From: Takakia lepidozioides
Lineage: Eukaryota > Plantae > Bryophyta
Length of the DNA: 64,000 bases
Reading direction: 5' to 3'
NCBI GenBank assembly: GCA_030704615.1
Contig: CM060731.1
Coordinates: 76,074,001 to 76,138,000, forward strand
The notes under the pieces were generated by a model. That model had not been told where the DNA came from. It worked only from the letters and a program-made list of their open reading frames with translations, and did no database searches. Below are positions 35,612 through 46,982 of the stretch, piece by piece; position 1 is the stretch's first letter, and every line of letters begins with the position of its first letter. The translations under genes and the position numbers were made by a program.

Positions 35612-37852
35612 ATGCCCCCCCTAGCATCCATCAATGAGTCTCGGCTCTATGATTTTGTTAATGGGAGCCCTCGCCCTGGCAATGAGCTAGGGAGTAAGAT
35701 GGGATGGGGTGTTGCAAATTCGTCCTCTCTTTACCGTGTTGAAGGATGGGGTGCCCCCTATTTTCACATTAATGGCCAAGGGAATATGGCTGTACGCCCA
35801 CACGGACTCGCCAAAGATCCTTCAGAAGAGATTGACCTCATGGAGGCGATCCAGAAGGTGGTCGACAGCGGCTGTGGAGGAGGCCTGAACCTGCCCCTCA
35901 TTATTCGGTTTCCCGACATGTTGAAGCACCGATTGGCAAGCCTGCAGGACGCCTTCGATCGTTGCATCGAGCTGCGAAAATACCAGGGGCGGTTCCAGGG
36001 CGTTTTTCCAGTTAAATGCAACCCCGATCGGTATGTGGTGGAGGACATTGTCAGGTTTGGGAGACAGTTCCATTTTGGTCTCGAAGCTGGATCCAAGCCC
36101 GAGCTTATGTTGGTAATTGCATCCATGTGCAAGAGCAGTCCAGAAGCTCTCCTCATCTGCAACGGCTACAAAGATGCAGAGTATGTGCAGTTGGCGCTGA
36201 CCTCCAGGCAGCTGGGCCTCAATACTGTAATAGTGTTGGAACAGGAGGAGGAGCTCGACATAATACTTAAATTGAGTCAGAGACTCTCCGTGCAGCCTGT
36301 CATAGGCATTCGGACCAAGCTCAGCACAAAGCATGCAGGCCACTGGGGGGAGACCTCAGGGGAGAAGGGGAAATTCGGTTTGTCAACATCGGAAGTTGTG
36401 GGAGTTGTGAAGAAGTTGAGGAGGGTGGGCATGTTGGATTGTTTACAGTTGCTTCACTTCCACATAGGTTCTCAAATTCCGTCTCTGTCGATTGTCGAAG
36501 AGGGAGTGAGTGAAGCTGCTCAAATATTTTGCGAGCTTTCGCTTTTGGGAGCCAACATGAAGATCATTGATATCGGGGGTGGCCTTGGGGTTGATTACGA
36601 TGGATCTAACTCTGCAGCCTCCGATATGTCCATTGGCTACTCCATTGAAGAATATGCAGATCAAGTCGTGGAAGCCGTTATGGATGCGTGCTTACAGAAG
36701 AATGTGAAGCAGCCCACTTTGTGTTGTGAGAGTGGCCGGGCGTTGGTGTCTCATCATTCGGTTCTTGTGTTCGATGTCTTGTCAGCCCACAAGCGGGCGG
36801 GCAATGTAGCAGAAGACCTGGGGATCCCACTTGAGTGTGAAGGACTCCCTGAAGCTATGGCCGCCATCCATGAGAATTTTGTCGCATGTGTGAGAGTGGG
36901 GAACTATGAGGGAGCTTTGGCGCACTCAAAGCACCTCAAGGCTGAATGCACCCGGCTTTTCAAGCTTGGCCTTCTCAACCTGGAGCTGCGTGCCACAATT
37001 GACAAAATGTTCGAGGTATTTTCTGTGCTGGTGGACGAGAACGAGAACCATAATGTGCCCTCAATCCTCATGTCTGTGAAGTCTGCTCTAGGCTGTGCGG
37101 ACCTGACGGAGAACCACAAAATGTCTTCAGTTGAGATATCTGGCAAGTCTGGGCCAGGCTCCGTGGACCAGAGTGGTTGTGGTGACCGTGGGGAGAAATG
37201 GAAGAGTGGCTCTGATTACTTGGCCACCTATCACATTAACCTGTCAATTTTCAAGTCCATGCCTGACAGCTGGGCAATTGGCCAGCTCTTCCCCATTGTT
37301 CCTCTGCACAGGCTTGATGAGGAACCCTGTGTGCGTGCCATCTTATCTGACCTGACATGTGACAGTGATGGTAAAGTTGCCACTTTCATTGGGAAGGATC
37401 ATTTTGGTGAACAGGCCAAGCACTTGCGGGTTCATGAGCTGGAGCCTGAGAAACCATACTACATGGGCATGTTCCTTGGTGGGGCGTACCAAGAAGTTCT
37501 TGGCAGCATGCATAATTTGTTTGGTACTCCAAATGTGGTTCATGTAGTGCTGTCAAGGGGCCCGGATGGATTTCAGATTGCACGAATTGTGCCAGGGCAG
37601 ACGGTGGCTGGTGTGCTGCGCGTGATGCAGCATGAACCTCTTGAAATATTCGAAGACCTCAAATGTCGTGTGGCGGATGCCCTTCATGAAGGCCGGTTTG
37701 CCAGTGACCATGAAGCACGTTGTGTTCTGCAAAGCTTGGCTGGCAATTTGAGCTCCTACACCTATCTCTCCAGTGATTCCAAGAGTTGCTCCTTCTCTCT
37801 CAATAAGACAAGGATGTACTCTCCTTTAGAGCATTCCTATATTGTGAAATGA
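35612..37852 (+). CDS. ADC: Arginine decarboxylase (PLP-dependent, fold type III), single exon, 746 aa
   Basis: Motifs LYRVEGWGAPYF, GVFPVKCN (PLP lysine), GLEAGSKPEL, ICNGYKDAEY, HFHIGSQI, IDIGGGLGVDYDG, CESGRALVSHHSVL, LSDLTCDSDG and GGAYQEVLGSMHNLFG. Start context GAAGAGATGCC. Confidence 0.97.
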   Translation: MPPLASINESRLYDFVNGSPRPGNELGSKMGWGVANSSSLYRVEGWGAPYFHINGQGNMAVRPHGLAKDPSEEIDLMEAIQKVVDSGCGGGLNLPLIIRFPDMLKHRLASLQDAFDRCIELRKYQGRFQGVFPVKCNPDRYVVEDIVRFGRQFHFGLEAGSKPELMLVIASMCKSSPEALLICNGYKDAEYVQLALTSRQLGLNTVIVLEQEEELDIILKLSQRLSVQPVIGIRTKLSTKHAGHWGETSGEKGKFGLSTSEVVGVVKKLRRVGMLDCLQLLHFHIGSQIPSLSIVEEGVSEAAQIFCELSLLGANMKIIDIGGGLGVDYDGSNSAASDMSIGYSIEEYADQVVEAVMDACLQKNVKQPTLCCESGRALVSHHSVLVFDVLSAHKRAGNVAEDLGIPLECEGLPEAMAAIHENFVACVRVGNYEGALAHSKHLKAECTRLFKLGLLNLELRATIDKMFEVFSVLVDENENHNVPSILMSVKSALGCADLTENHKMSSVEISGKSGPGSVDQSGCGDRGEKWKSGSDYLATYHINLSIFKSMPDSWAIGQLFPIVPLHRLDEEPCVRAILSDLTCDSDGKVATFIGKDHFGEQAKHLRVHELEPEKPYYMGMFLGGAYQEVLGSMHNLFGTPNVVHVVLSRGPDGFQIARIVPGQTVAGVLRVMQHEPLEIFEDLKCRVADALHEGRFASDHEARCVLQSLAGNLSSYTYLSSDSKSCSFSLNKTRMYSPLEHSYIVK

Positions 37853-38112
37853 CCGGCTCCCCATCTCTTTAATTTGTAGAGATTGTTGATCCTTGCCACT
37901 GGGCCTTTGGGTAAGGGATTCTTCAGAGTAAAAGTTCATTGTTTGGATGGCCAACTGCAAACATTCTTTTTGAGCTTATGGAAATATGAAGAAGCTGTAT
38001 ATTTGTTCTCTCACTCCGTCCATCTACCTTGATGCTAGAGTCTCATGCATTTTGCACTCGTAGCTCTGCTAAGGGGTTTTTTTTTTGGTGGCTAAAGTTT
38101 GATGGAAGCATC

Positions 38113-38280
38113 ATACCTATTAGCCCATGTTGCAAGGATGGTAATCTGTTCTACTCAGACAAACTGTTAGCTCCATGTTTTATGTCGAGATATGCCTGGA
38201 GTTTAAGCATCATACTTTCCCATGTTGCAGATGGCAATCTGTTCTACTCTGACAAACTGTTAGCTACATGTTTTATGTCG
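38113..38280 (+). repeat. Tandem ~75-bp duplication downstream of ADC
   Basis: CCCATGTTGCA..ATGG(T/C)AATCTGTTCTACTC(A/T)GACAAACTGTTAGCT(C/A)CATGTTTTATGTCG occurs at ~38124 and ~38219. Confidence 0.9.
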
Positions 38281-38809
38281 CCATGACTGATTAATCTGTG
38301 ATAGTGTCTTGACCTTTGCTTGGAAATCTACTGTGAGTATCCGTTGTAGCTTCTGTGCATAACGGTTGTGCATTTCTTAATCCTACCAATGCCCGGTTTG
38401 CAGTTCAGGAATGGTCAGCCCCCAAAATGAGTGTATTGATTACTGGACACATGCAAACACTGGAGTAATGCAATCATGGTCCATATGATGATCGGGCATC
38501 AACTATTCCTGTTTTAGGTACCTGAAAACAAAGGACTACACCTGCATCACTCGGGGCTTTCTTTTGCACTTGGGATGAGTTCCGTTTGCAAAGTGAGGCA
38601 GGACCCACACTCCATCCCTGGTGCCTCCAAAAGAACGAACAAAAGAAATCAGTTGGAACTGGTGAACTGGTCAGTGTGTTGAACAGCTTGTCCGTGAGAG
38701 ATGTGGAAGGAGAGCTTCCACCATGAAGCTTCCACTTCAGATCAGTTTCTGTCTCGCCGAAACGGCCTAGTAGCTTCTGCCATATAGATGTGACAACTGG
38801 TAGAGATAG

Positions 38810-38921
38810 TACACGTGTCTCTTGAGGAGGGCACCTGACTGCCACGCGTCACAGTGGGTGTTGTTGCATGGTGGCATGTACACACGGTGGAGCTGTTTCA
38901 TATCTGCTTTCAGACGTGTTC
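38810..38921 (+). promoter_or_regulatory. ABA-response module (ABRE plus CE3-like element) upstream of the LEA gene
   Basis: ACACGTGTC (38811), GCCACGCGTC (38841) and GACGTGTT (38913) lie within 280 bp of the LEA ATG. ABRE/CE combinations are the established LEA promoter logic. Confidence 0.55.
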
Positions 38922-39090
38922 TTGTCGTCGTCGTTGCTGCAGGAATCGATGCGATCTGAGCTCTCTCGAGGTTGTCTTGATTAGAAGTGCGGGCCAGCGT
39001 CGTGACTACTTTAATAGTCTGAAGAAGACAAACCTGTCAGTAAGTAGTGCAGTTTTTAGTTTGCAGGCTTGAAATTACCGAGTTCCAGCC

Positions 39091-41150
39091 ATGCAGATGG
39101 CATCCGATCAGAGGGGGGACCCGCAGCTGAGCGAGCGGAGGGCTCAAGAAGCGAGGGAGAAGGCTTTGAAAGCTGCAGAGTTGGCCCAGCAGTCCCTGCA
39201 GCACGCGAAGGAGGCTGCTAAAGATGAGGGGGCCGCTGCTTTGAAGGCCGCTCAGGATCAGGTTCAGGTGGCCAAGGAGACAGTTGCAGCCGTCAAGGAT
39301 CAGACTGTCAATTATGCCGCTCAAACCAAAGATTCAGTCGCGGTAATCCCCACCCCGATTTTCTGCGAAGTTGGGTGGGCTTGTCCCTGTGCGTGTGATT
39401 GTTGGACATCTCGAACGTGACTCGGCTGCTTTTGGAGAACATCTTCATGTCTTGCGTGTATTTCCATGGGGATAGCTACGAGAATTGGTTTGAAACTACG
39501 CTGACAGAATTTTGCAAAGTCTGCCTGCCACACAGTTTCTTTCATGGTTTATGATTTGGGGGACTCTGGTTGTCTGATGCAGAGTACACTCGCAGGATAT
39601 ACCCAGGAAGCAATTGACAATTTGAACGAGCTCAAGGCATCAATGCAAAAAAAGTTTGAGCAGGCCACTCAGGCGGCAGCGGATACTGCCCAAAGCACCA
39701 AGGAGAGCACGCAGGAAACGTAAGCCCCTCGGAACGAAGGACATTTGACTTAGGAATTGGGGAGATAGAAAGAATATTTGATGAGAGTTCTGGTGTGTTG
39801 TGAGGGAAGGGATGCAAGCAAATTGTATGGAATGTGGCTGGGTGGTGTAGTGTGATCGTGCTGTAAATCTGCAGAACCTTGGAAGTCTTAGTACTGCAAG
39901 TATGCTTCCTCAATGCACTCATACATTGTGCATGCACGAAAGTAATTTGACTTGCCTGCAAGAGAGGGGAGTGGGGGCACAACTACACAACTAGGGGTCA
40001 CAGTTTGATTTTTCTGATCGTTCACAGGTTAGAGAAGACGAAGGAGGCTACCTACGACTACATTGAGCAAGCTAAGCAGAGCATCCTTGCCACATACGAA
40101 TCCACAAAGGAAACAGCTGTAGAGACTATCCAGTCTGCCTCACAGAAGGCAGCAGAGTACAAAGATGCGGCAAACAACAAGGCAGCAGAGACTTGGGACT
40201 CTACCAAGCAGAAGGCAGCAGAGTACAAAGATGCGGCGACTAACAAGACAGCAGAGATTTGGGACGCCACCAAGCAGAAGACTGCAGAGTTGACAGGTAT
40301 GGCACTGGACAAGGATGAAGGGACTAAGGAAACTAGTGCAGGTTCCCCAATGGATGCAACAAAAAACGAATCATCTGAAACTAACACTGGCGCTGTCCAA
40401 AACATCGCTTCGGAAACTATGCAGACTGTAGCATCAGTCTTGGAAGGTATGAGAAGAAAATTCGCTGAACTGCTGGGGACTACCCCTTGGGATTCTACCC
40501 AGCAGAAGGTAGCGGATCTGACAGGTTCCAAAGAGGATATTGACGAAGAGCGTGCAGCTTCAATGCTGGAGGACTACCGTAACAAAGCTACTGATCTGTT
40601 GGAGAGTTCCAAATCTGAGGCCTCCGAGTTGGCCGAAGCTGGCAAACAGAGAGCCGCGGAAGCGAAAGAGAAGACAGCAGAGACAATCGAAACTACCAAG
40701 CAGAAAGCAGGAGAGCTGACAGGTGGCGTGGAGAATCGAGGTACATCTTTGGAAGCGTTGAAGCAAAAGGTTGCTGCACTGTCGGGGTATCTCAACCGTA
40801 AAGCTTCCGAGGCAGCCAAATCTGCCGAGGAGAGAGCTGCGCAGGCGAAAGAGCAGACGGCAGAAAAGATGGAAGAGACTTTGGAGGCCACCAAGCAGAA
40901 GACAGCAGAAAGTTTGGAGGAGACCAAGCGCAAAACCACGGAGACTTTGGAAGCTACCAAGCAGAGAGTCGCGGAGGCGAGAGGGAAGGTTGCACATGAT
41001 AAGCCTACAATGGAGGTCACCAAGCCCAAATCAGATGAGGCTACTGAAGCTGCTGGAAGCTACAATGATCAGTTTCCGAAACCGAACTGGGAGTTGCTGA
41101 GGCAGAGGGCCGCTGAATTGCTGGAGCGCCTGAGAATGGCCGAAGAGTGA
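39091..41150 (+). CDS. Group 3 LEA protein (LEA_4-like), 3 exons, ~503 aa
   Basis: Exons 39091-39342, 39583-39719 and 40028-41150 splice in frame at GT-AG sites (1512 nt). Rich in A/E/K/T, with 11-mer repeats such as AAEYKDAANNK, TAETIETTKQK and TAESLEETKRK. Confidence 0.88.
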
Positions 41151-42160
41151 AACCTTGAATTGCTGGAACGGCTGAGAAGTGCCCAAGAGAGAGATTTCAA
41201 GTCACCTGTAGCTCATACCCAGGATGTAGCCGGGGAAAGAATCGCAATCCGGCAGGGATGATGAGAAAAGTTGAGCCCGTCCCTAGCTTGAGAATACCCA
41301 GGCCAGCAAAGTGTTGCATGCTTCTCAAGCCCTTCTTTGCAATCAAAAGGCATCGGCGCTTGTGTTCTTGTAGTATTCCGTAAACTCTCAGGAGTTTCTC
41401 CTCCTGCAGATCAACTAGCCCAACCCAGAAGCTGTTGCCACCCCGGCAATGAAGGTAGGGACAGTATACTTAGACATCGCCTCCAGTCATACTTACACAA
41501 CGAAGTCAGACGCAAACAATGTTAAGAGTGAAGCTTCAGAAAAATCACTCTTTTATCCTCATACAAGGCTTCTCAAGAACTTTTTGACCACGAGAGGGCC
41601 AGCTAACTTAGTATGTCAATAGGTTTGCGGTCATAGAAAGAGATCAGCTAGGAAGGGTTGGATCGCTATCTCGCACTCGTCCATTCTGGTTTTCAAGTAT
41701 TCCTCGATCGGACGTAAGTACTGCAGTGAGTTCTTCGTTTAGAAACTCATCGACGAGCCTGTATAAAGTTTCCTTTTTCTGCAATGTGGCCTGAAACTCG
41801 TAAGATCTAAACTGAAAGTACAGAGAATCACGCCAGTTTTTCGCCTGTAAGAGATTTTTCAAGAATATTGTCGTACGTAAGTAGATTGTATAGAGTTTTG
41901 AGTGCAAGCTAGAAACAAACAGCTCTCAGCAGTATGCAAAATGTGCTTCTCGTTGTCTTCTACACACTACACAGCACACACACATATTTTACTTCCAAGG
42001 GCAGATTTAACATGCTTACAGATAGCTTATGTTCAACCCAACTCAAATAATTCTCGCTCTGACCTCGACAGTACACAGTACAGTACAACGCCCACATGAC
42101 GTTGAAAGGAAATGAAATGCTTCCTTTCCAGAAGACCTGATGGGGCAATTGGCATACATT

Positions 42161-42471
42161 TGTGAGGGGCTAAAGTACCGTTTCTTGCAAAAGGGCCCAG
42201 GCATCCCACTCTAAGGGGCCATCCTCGGGGGAATTAGTAATAAGGCGGTCCCTCAAAGTATCGGCCAACCAAGCAATCCTCAGAAGTTTGACTCGTTGGT
42301 CCTTTGTCAAAGTGAGGAAGCAAAGGTATCTATTAGGTTTAAGTATGTGTTGAAGAGTTGGAGTAGCAGGCGTGGAAAGCGCAGGGGGCATGCATTCCCT
42401 TGCCCCGCTCCCTCATCGCCTTCCTCGTCTGGTATCGGGGACGCCATCAAGGACCTCGGGATGGCGTCACA
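42161..42471. mobile_element. Candidate solo LTR
   Basis: TGTGA...TCACA inverted termini, 311 bp. The flanking 5-mers ACATT and AGCTT match at only 3 of 5 positions. Confidence 0.35.
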
Positions 42472-43861
42472 AGCTTCCTCGAGGCAACCCTGCCGCCAAG
42501 CATGGACCTCTGGTGAGAGTTTCAGCCAGGTGTGGACTGTACACTATGTATCCCCTTTTGCACTTTACAGACCGCTCTGTAGTGAGATTTGGTTCAAACA
42601 GATTGAAGGCAGCTGCGGGGAAGTGGACATCAGTGAAGGAGGAGGGAGATGGGCAAGGAGGCCACGTGGAGGGGAAGAAGGGTGTGTGGTGCCAGCCTCC
42701 AGAATGCACATTGAGCTTTGTGGAATCACAGAATTCAGGTTCCTTTTCTACCCTTACAGCTCCCTCTAAACTGGCATGGGGTCTATGGCCACAAGGGTAC
42801 GCAGGCGGTGTGATAAACACATATCTCTCTCCCTCCCTCCCTCGCTCGAGTGGAGAAGTCGGGGAGGTCGAAAACGCCACAATTCGAGTTTTGGGTGCAA
42901 CAGTTCAATACTTAATAGTAAACAAGCCGAAGCGTGCCACACAATCTATTCCGAAGCTCATTTCAGCCGACTAGCCTCTCACTCTGGGGATTGGGCTGTA
43001 CTTCCCTAAGTGAAGGCATCCAGCCGGGAAGCAAAGAATTCCTGTCTCATGAGACTGATGTTGATTCCTGCCTTTCAGATTCTCCAGGGAGTATTACATC
43101 ATCTCCTGGCACAAATCTATGGTGGAATTCAGAACGAAAGAGGGTCACAGCTTTCAGACTTAAGCCTCTTAATAAACCCGACCATCCACGCGGCATCCCC
43201 AGTTTAACAAGATATAGCTGTAACTGCACTCACATTCAGAGATTCACTGGGAAGGGCAGGGGCACAAAAAGAGAGACAGAGAGAGAGGCTTTCACTAGTC
43301 ATCCTGAAAGAGCACCAAGGGAGCTGCTAAAGATCTATGTTCAAGCACTTATGGCTCCTGATTGAGACTGAGGCAATGGAAGGCTAGCAAAGTTCTCATC
43401 CTATTCTAGTTTTTGCATGTAGGTCAAGAAAAGAGCAAAAGACAACTTGGGGGAGTGCGCTTCTCAGATCCTTTACAGTGGCTTGATAAGGTGAGCCTAT
43501 GTCCATTTAGCAAGTAAAGAATTTGTTAAGGAGGGTTTTTGATTGAAGCTGGCATCATGATGTTTTGTGCACTCGATTGCATCTCCACTCCCTCACGAAA
43601 TGACAATTTCCCTTTCCTCACAAAACAGCAGTGAAAGCCGTCGTTACTATCAGTAGATTATCTGAAAGACACTTGGAGTTCTGGTGGTTGTATCCTGGTC
43701 TCTATCCACGGCTGTGGGTGAGGCTCTAGTTGATTAGCTGCCCACTGTGGTTCTCACAGAACAGTCTGATATCACCAGAGTTCAGCCGTAAGCGCGCAAT
43801 CAAGACCCTTTGGATTGAGGGTTGGTCGAATCCTCCGTTGGCAAAAGCAGCACTAGCTGCG

Positions 43862-45718
43862 ATGACACAAATTAGTTATGGAGTAATCAAGAACTCTTCT
43901 GGCTCTTGCGAGGATGTGAGGACACTATGTAAGGCCGGACGATTGAAAAAGGCACTTTACATTTTGAAGAAAAAACACATTTCAGCAGACTCCAGCACTT
44001 ACGTATATCTCTTGCGGGAATGCATCAAATTTGGAGACCTTGAAATGGGAAAACAGGTGCATGCCCACATCATCCGAAATGGATTCAATCCAAACATCTT
44101 TCTACTCAACAACCTTGTCCACATGTATGCCAAGTGTGGGAGTGTGGTGGATGCACGCCTAGTATTTGACAAAATGCCTGAACGAGATGTGTTCACGTGG
44201 ACTACAATGATGGCAGGATATGCGAAGCATGGGCATGGTAGGGAGGCTTTGGAGATCTATCAGCAAATGATACGAGATGGGGTGATGCCCAACAATGTCA
44301 CGTTCATTTGTGCTCTCAAGGGGTGTGCCAGCCTAGGAGCCCTAGAAAGGGGGAAAGAGATCCATGCTGACATCATCAAAGCTGGAGTCGCGCCCGATAT
44401 CATCCTGGAGACAGCCCTCGTCGACATGTACTCTAAATGCGGGAACATGAAGGATGCACATCAAATATTCGACAATATGGCTCAACGAAATGTGGTTTCC
44501 TGGAGTGCGATGATCACTGGATATACCCAGCATGGGTGTGGTAGGGAGGCCTTGGACATATACGAGCATATGATACGGGAACGGGTCATGCCCAACAATG
44601 TCACATTCATTTGTGTTCTCAATGCGTGTGCAAGCCTAGCAGCATTGGGAAAGGGTAAAGAGGTGCATGCTGACATCATTAAAGCTGGAGTTCAGCAAGA
44701 CATCATCCTGGAGACTGCTCTTGTTGACATGTATGCCAAATGCGGAAACATGGAGGATGCACGTCAAGTGTTTGATAATATGGCTCAACAAGATGTGGTC
44801 TCATGGAGTGCAATGATCGCAGGATATGCCCAGCATGGTGGTAGTAGGGAGGCCCTGCAACTGTTTGAACAAATGCAACAGCAAGGCTTGAAGCCAAACC
44901 TTATTACTTTTATATCTGTCCTCTCTGCATGCAGCCATGTGGGCCTAGTTGATAAAGGCCGTCACTACTTTGATTCCATGAGGCAAGATTATGGCCTTAC
45001 TCCTACAGTCGAGCATTTTGGGGGCATGGTGGACATTCTTGGCCGTGCAGGACGATTGGATGATGCAGAGGACTTCATTAGAAAAATGCCAGTTGAACCT
45101 GATGCTCAGGTATGGGCGGCCTTGCTTGGTGCTTGCAGAATCCATGGCAATGTGGAGGTAGCAGAGCGTGCAGCAAAATGCCTTTTTGAGTGGGATCCAG
45201 AGGACGCTGCACCTTATGTGCTGCTATCCAACATCTATGCTGCTGCTGGCAGGTGGGACGATACAGAAAAGGTGAGAAAAATGATGCAGGAGAGAGGTGT
45301 CAGGAAGGAGCCAGCAACCAGCTGCATTGAACTGGACAACCAGGTGCACACATTCATTGTAGACGACAAATCGCATCCACAAATTGCTGAAATCCATGCT
45401 GTGCTGAAGAGATTGTCCAGGCAAATAAAGGAGGTTGGGTACACGCCTGACACCCGCTTTGTGTTGCATGAAGTGGAGGAGGACCAAAAGGAATTGTCTC
45501 TGTGCCACCACAGTGAGAAGCTGGCTATTGTGTTTGGGCTGATCAACACTCCCCCTGGGGCACCTATCCGTGTCATCAAGAACCTCCGGGTTTGTAGTGA
45601 CTGCCACACCGCCACCAAGTTCATCACAAAGGTTGTTGGGCGAGCACTTGTTGTACGGGATGCAAGCCGCTTTCACCACTTCCAAGACGGGGTTTGTTCT
45701 TGTGGGGATTACTGGTGA
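43862..45718 (+). CDS. PLS-class PPR protein with E1-E2-DYW domain (organellar C-to-U RNA editing factor)
   Basis: Intronless array L1-S1-P1-L1-S1-P1-L1-S1-P2-L2-S2-E1-E2 followed by a DYW domain with HSEKLA, CSDCH and terminal CSCGDYW. The first in-frame ATG is at 43862; the frame is open from 43730. Confidence 0.95.
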   Translation: MTQISYGVIKNSSGSCEDVRTLCKAGRLKKALYILKKKHISADSSTYVYLLRECIKFGDLEMGKQVHAHIIRNGFNPNIFLLNNLVHMYAKCGSVVDARLVFDKMPERDVFTWTTMMAGYAKHGHGREALEIYQQMIRDGVMPNNVTFICALKGCASLGALERGKEIHADIIKAGVAPDIILETALVDMYSKCGNMKDAHQIFDNMAQRNVVSWSAMITGYTQHGCGREALDIYEHMIRERVMPNNVTFICVLNACASLAALGKGKEVHADIIKAGVQQDIILETALVDMYAKCGNMEDARQVFDNMAQQDVVSWSAMIAGYAQHGGSREALQLFEQMQQQGLKPNLITFISVLSACSHVGLVDKGRHYFDSMRQDYGLTPTVEHFGGMVDILGRAGRLDDAEDFIRKMPVEPDAQVWAALLGACRIHGNVEVAERAAKCLFEWDPEDAAPYVLLSNIYAAAGRWDDTEKVRKMMQERGVRKEPATSCIELDNQVHTFIVDDKSHPQIAEIHAVLKRLSRQIKEVGYTPDTRFVLHEVEEDQKELSLCHHSEKLAIVFGLINTPPGAPIRVIKNLRVCSDCHTATKFITKVVGRALVVRDASRFHHFQDGVCSCGDYW

Positions 45719-46982
45719 AGCAAGCAACATGCATGAAAGAATGTGTATTACATACCATGAGAGCTGGAAAGGGATCATGATTGTGAGGGAAGAGTTAAGT
45801 TGGAAGAAATGATTTGTGAGACAGACAGTTCTGCACTATTTATGAGCTGCCATCAACATTCAGGGATGACTATCAGCAGCCAAGCCCCAGAGACATTGTT
45901 GAAGGGAAGTTGAGAGCGACTACATCAACTATAAACAGTAGCATAATCCCAGAGTCACTCACTCCTTTTCAGGCTGGGTAGAAGTTGCGGACAACTCTCA
46001 TCAATATCTCAAAGTTTTGAGGTAAGGAGAACTGATGTCTACATAATGACAATCATTGCTGCTTTTCTGATTTTCCTTTCTTCCTCTCAGGACAGCACTG
46101 CAATCATTCCTAAAAATTGCAGTTATGGCATGTTGTAAGCCACATGGAATGGTGAGAAGCTTCATGGGAAGCTTTCATGGGAAGCTTATATTTGCTTGCG
46201 TCTAGAATTTTTTGCCAAGTGGTTCCTAAGACCCGTGAAATTCCCGGAGTACATGGGGCAACTTACAAAAGTGTAGGTCCAGAGTTACATATCAATGAAT
46301 AAACTTGGACACAACTCAGTTTGCACAAAATTGTCCTACCCACTATGTTTCATTCTTCCCTTCTGCAGGCCTGTTTCACGCTGCAATCTAGATTCACTTC
46401 ACCCATTCCTGCAGGCTCATGAAATTATGGATGTGATGCCCTCCCATCTTTCTTTTCCAAAGAGATCTCACCTTCTGAACGTAAGGTAGACATATGGAGA
46501 GCAAACCCAGCTTATCCACAAATGATGATCACTTCCAACATCCAGTTCTACAGAGCCAACATTAACCCCAAGACTATGTGCCAATGCCAACTTCTGTTGA
46601 CGTCTGAAAACTTGCATGTGCATTTACACTCCAACCACCATAACAATAGATATGGTTTGATAGACTTCCTTTACAATGAACCTGTATTTTCTAACCAATT
46701 TCTCTTTGAAATTTTGTAAGCATAAAGGAGAGGATACTAATAAAATAATGAAATAGAGAAGAGTCCAAGAAACCCGAGATGGCTGCCCCCTATGGGATGC
46801 ATTGCGGTTGATGTCAACAATGCCATGACTAAGGCTTCCCCCGTTTGCAAAGCAGCCTAATTAACACCCCATCCATACATGAGTGGGAGGCAAGATAGCT
46901 GAGACTCTTGCATCGTCGTTTATAAAATCCTAGATAAAATTGGTTTGCTTTGTTGGTGACTGCAGGAACAACTCAGGTCGTA

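Noticed and set aside
40058-41029. Long minus-strand ORFs over the LEA exon, and similar ones over ADC, DYW and symplekin exons
   Set aside because: They are antisense shadows of real coding exons.
42296-43365. Overlapping ORFs of 137-200 aa upstream of the DYW gene
   Set aside because: No recognisable domain, mostly non-ATG starts, and partial overlap with a candidate solo LTR.
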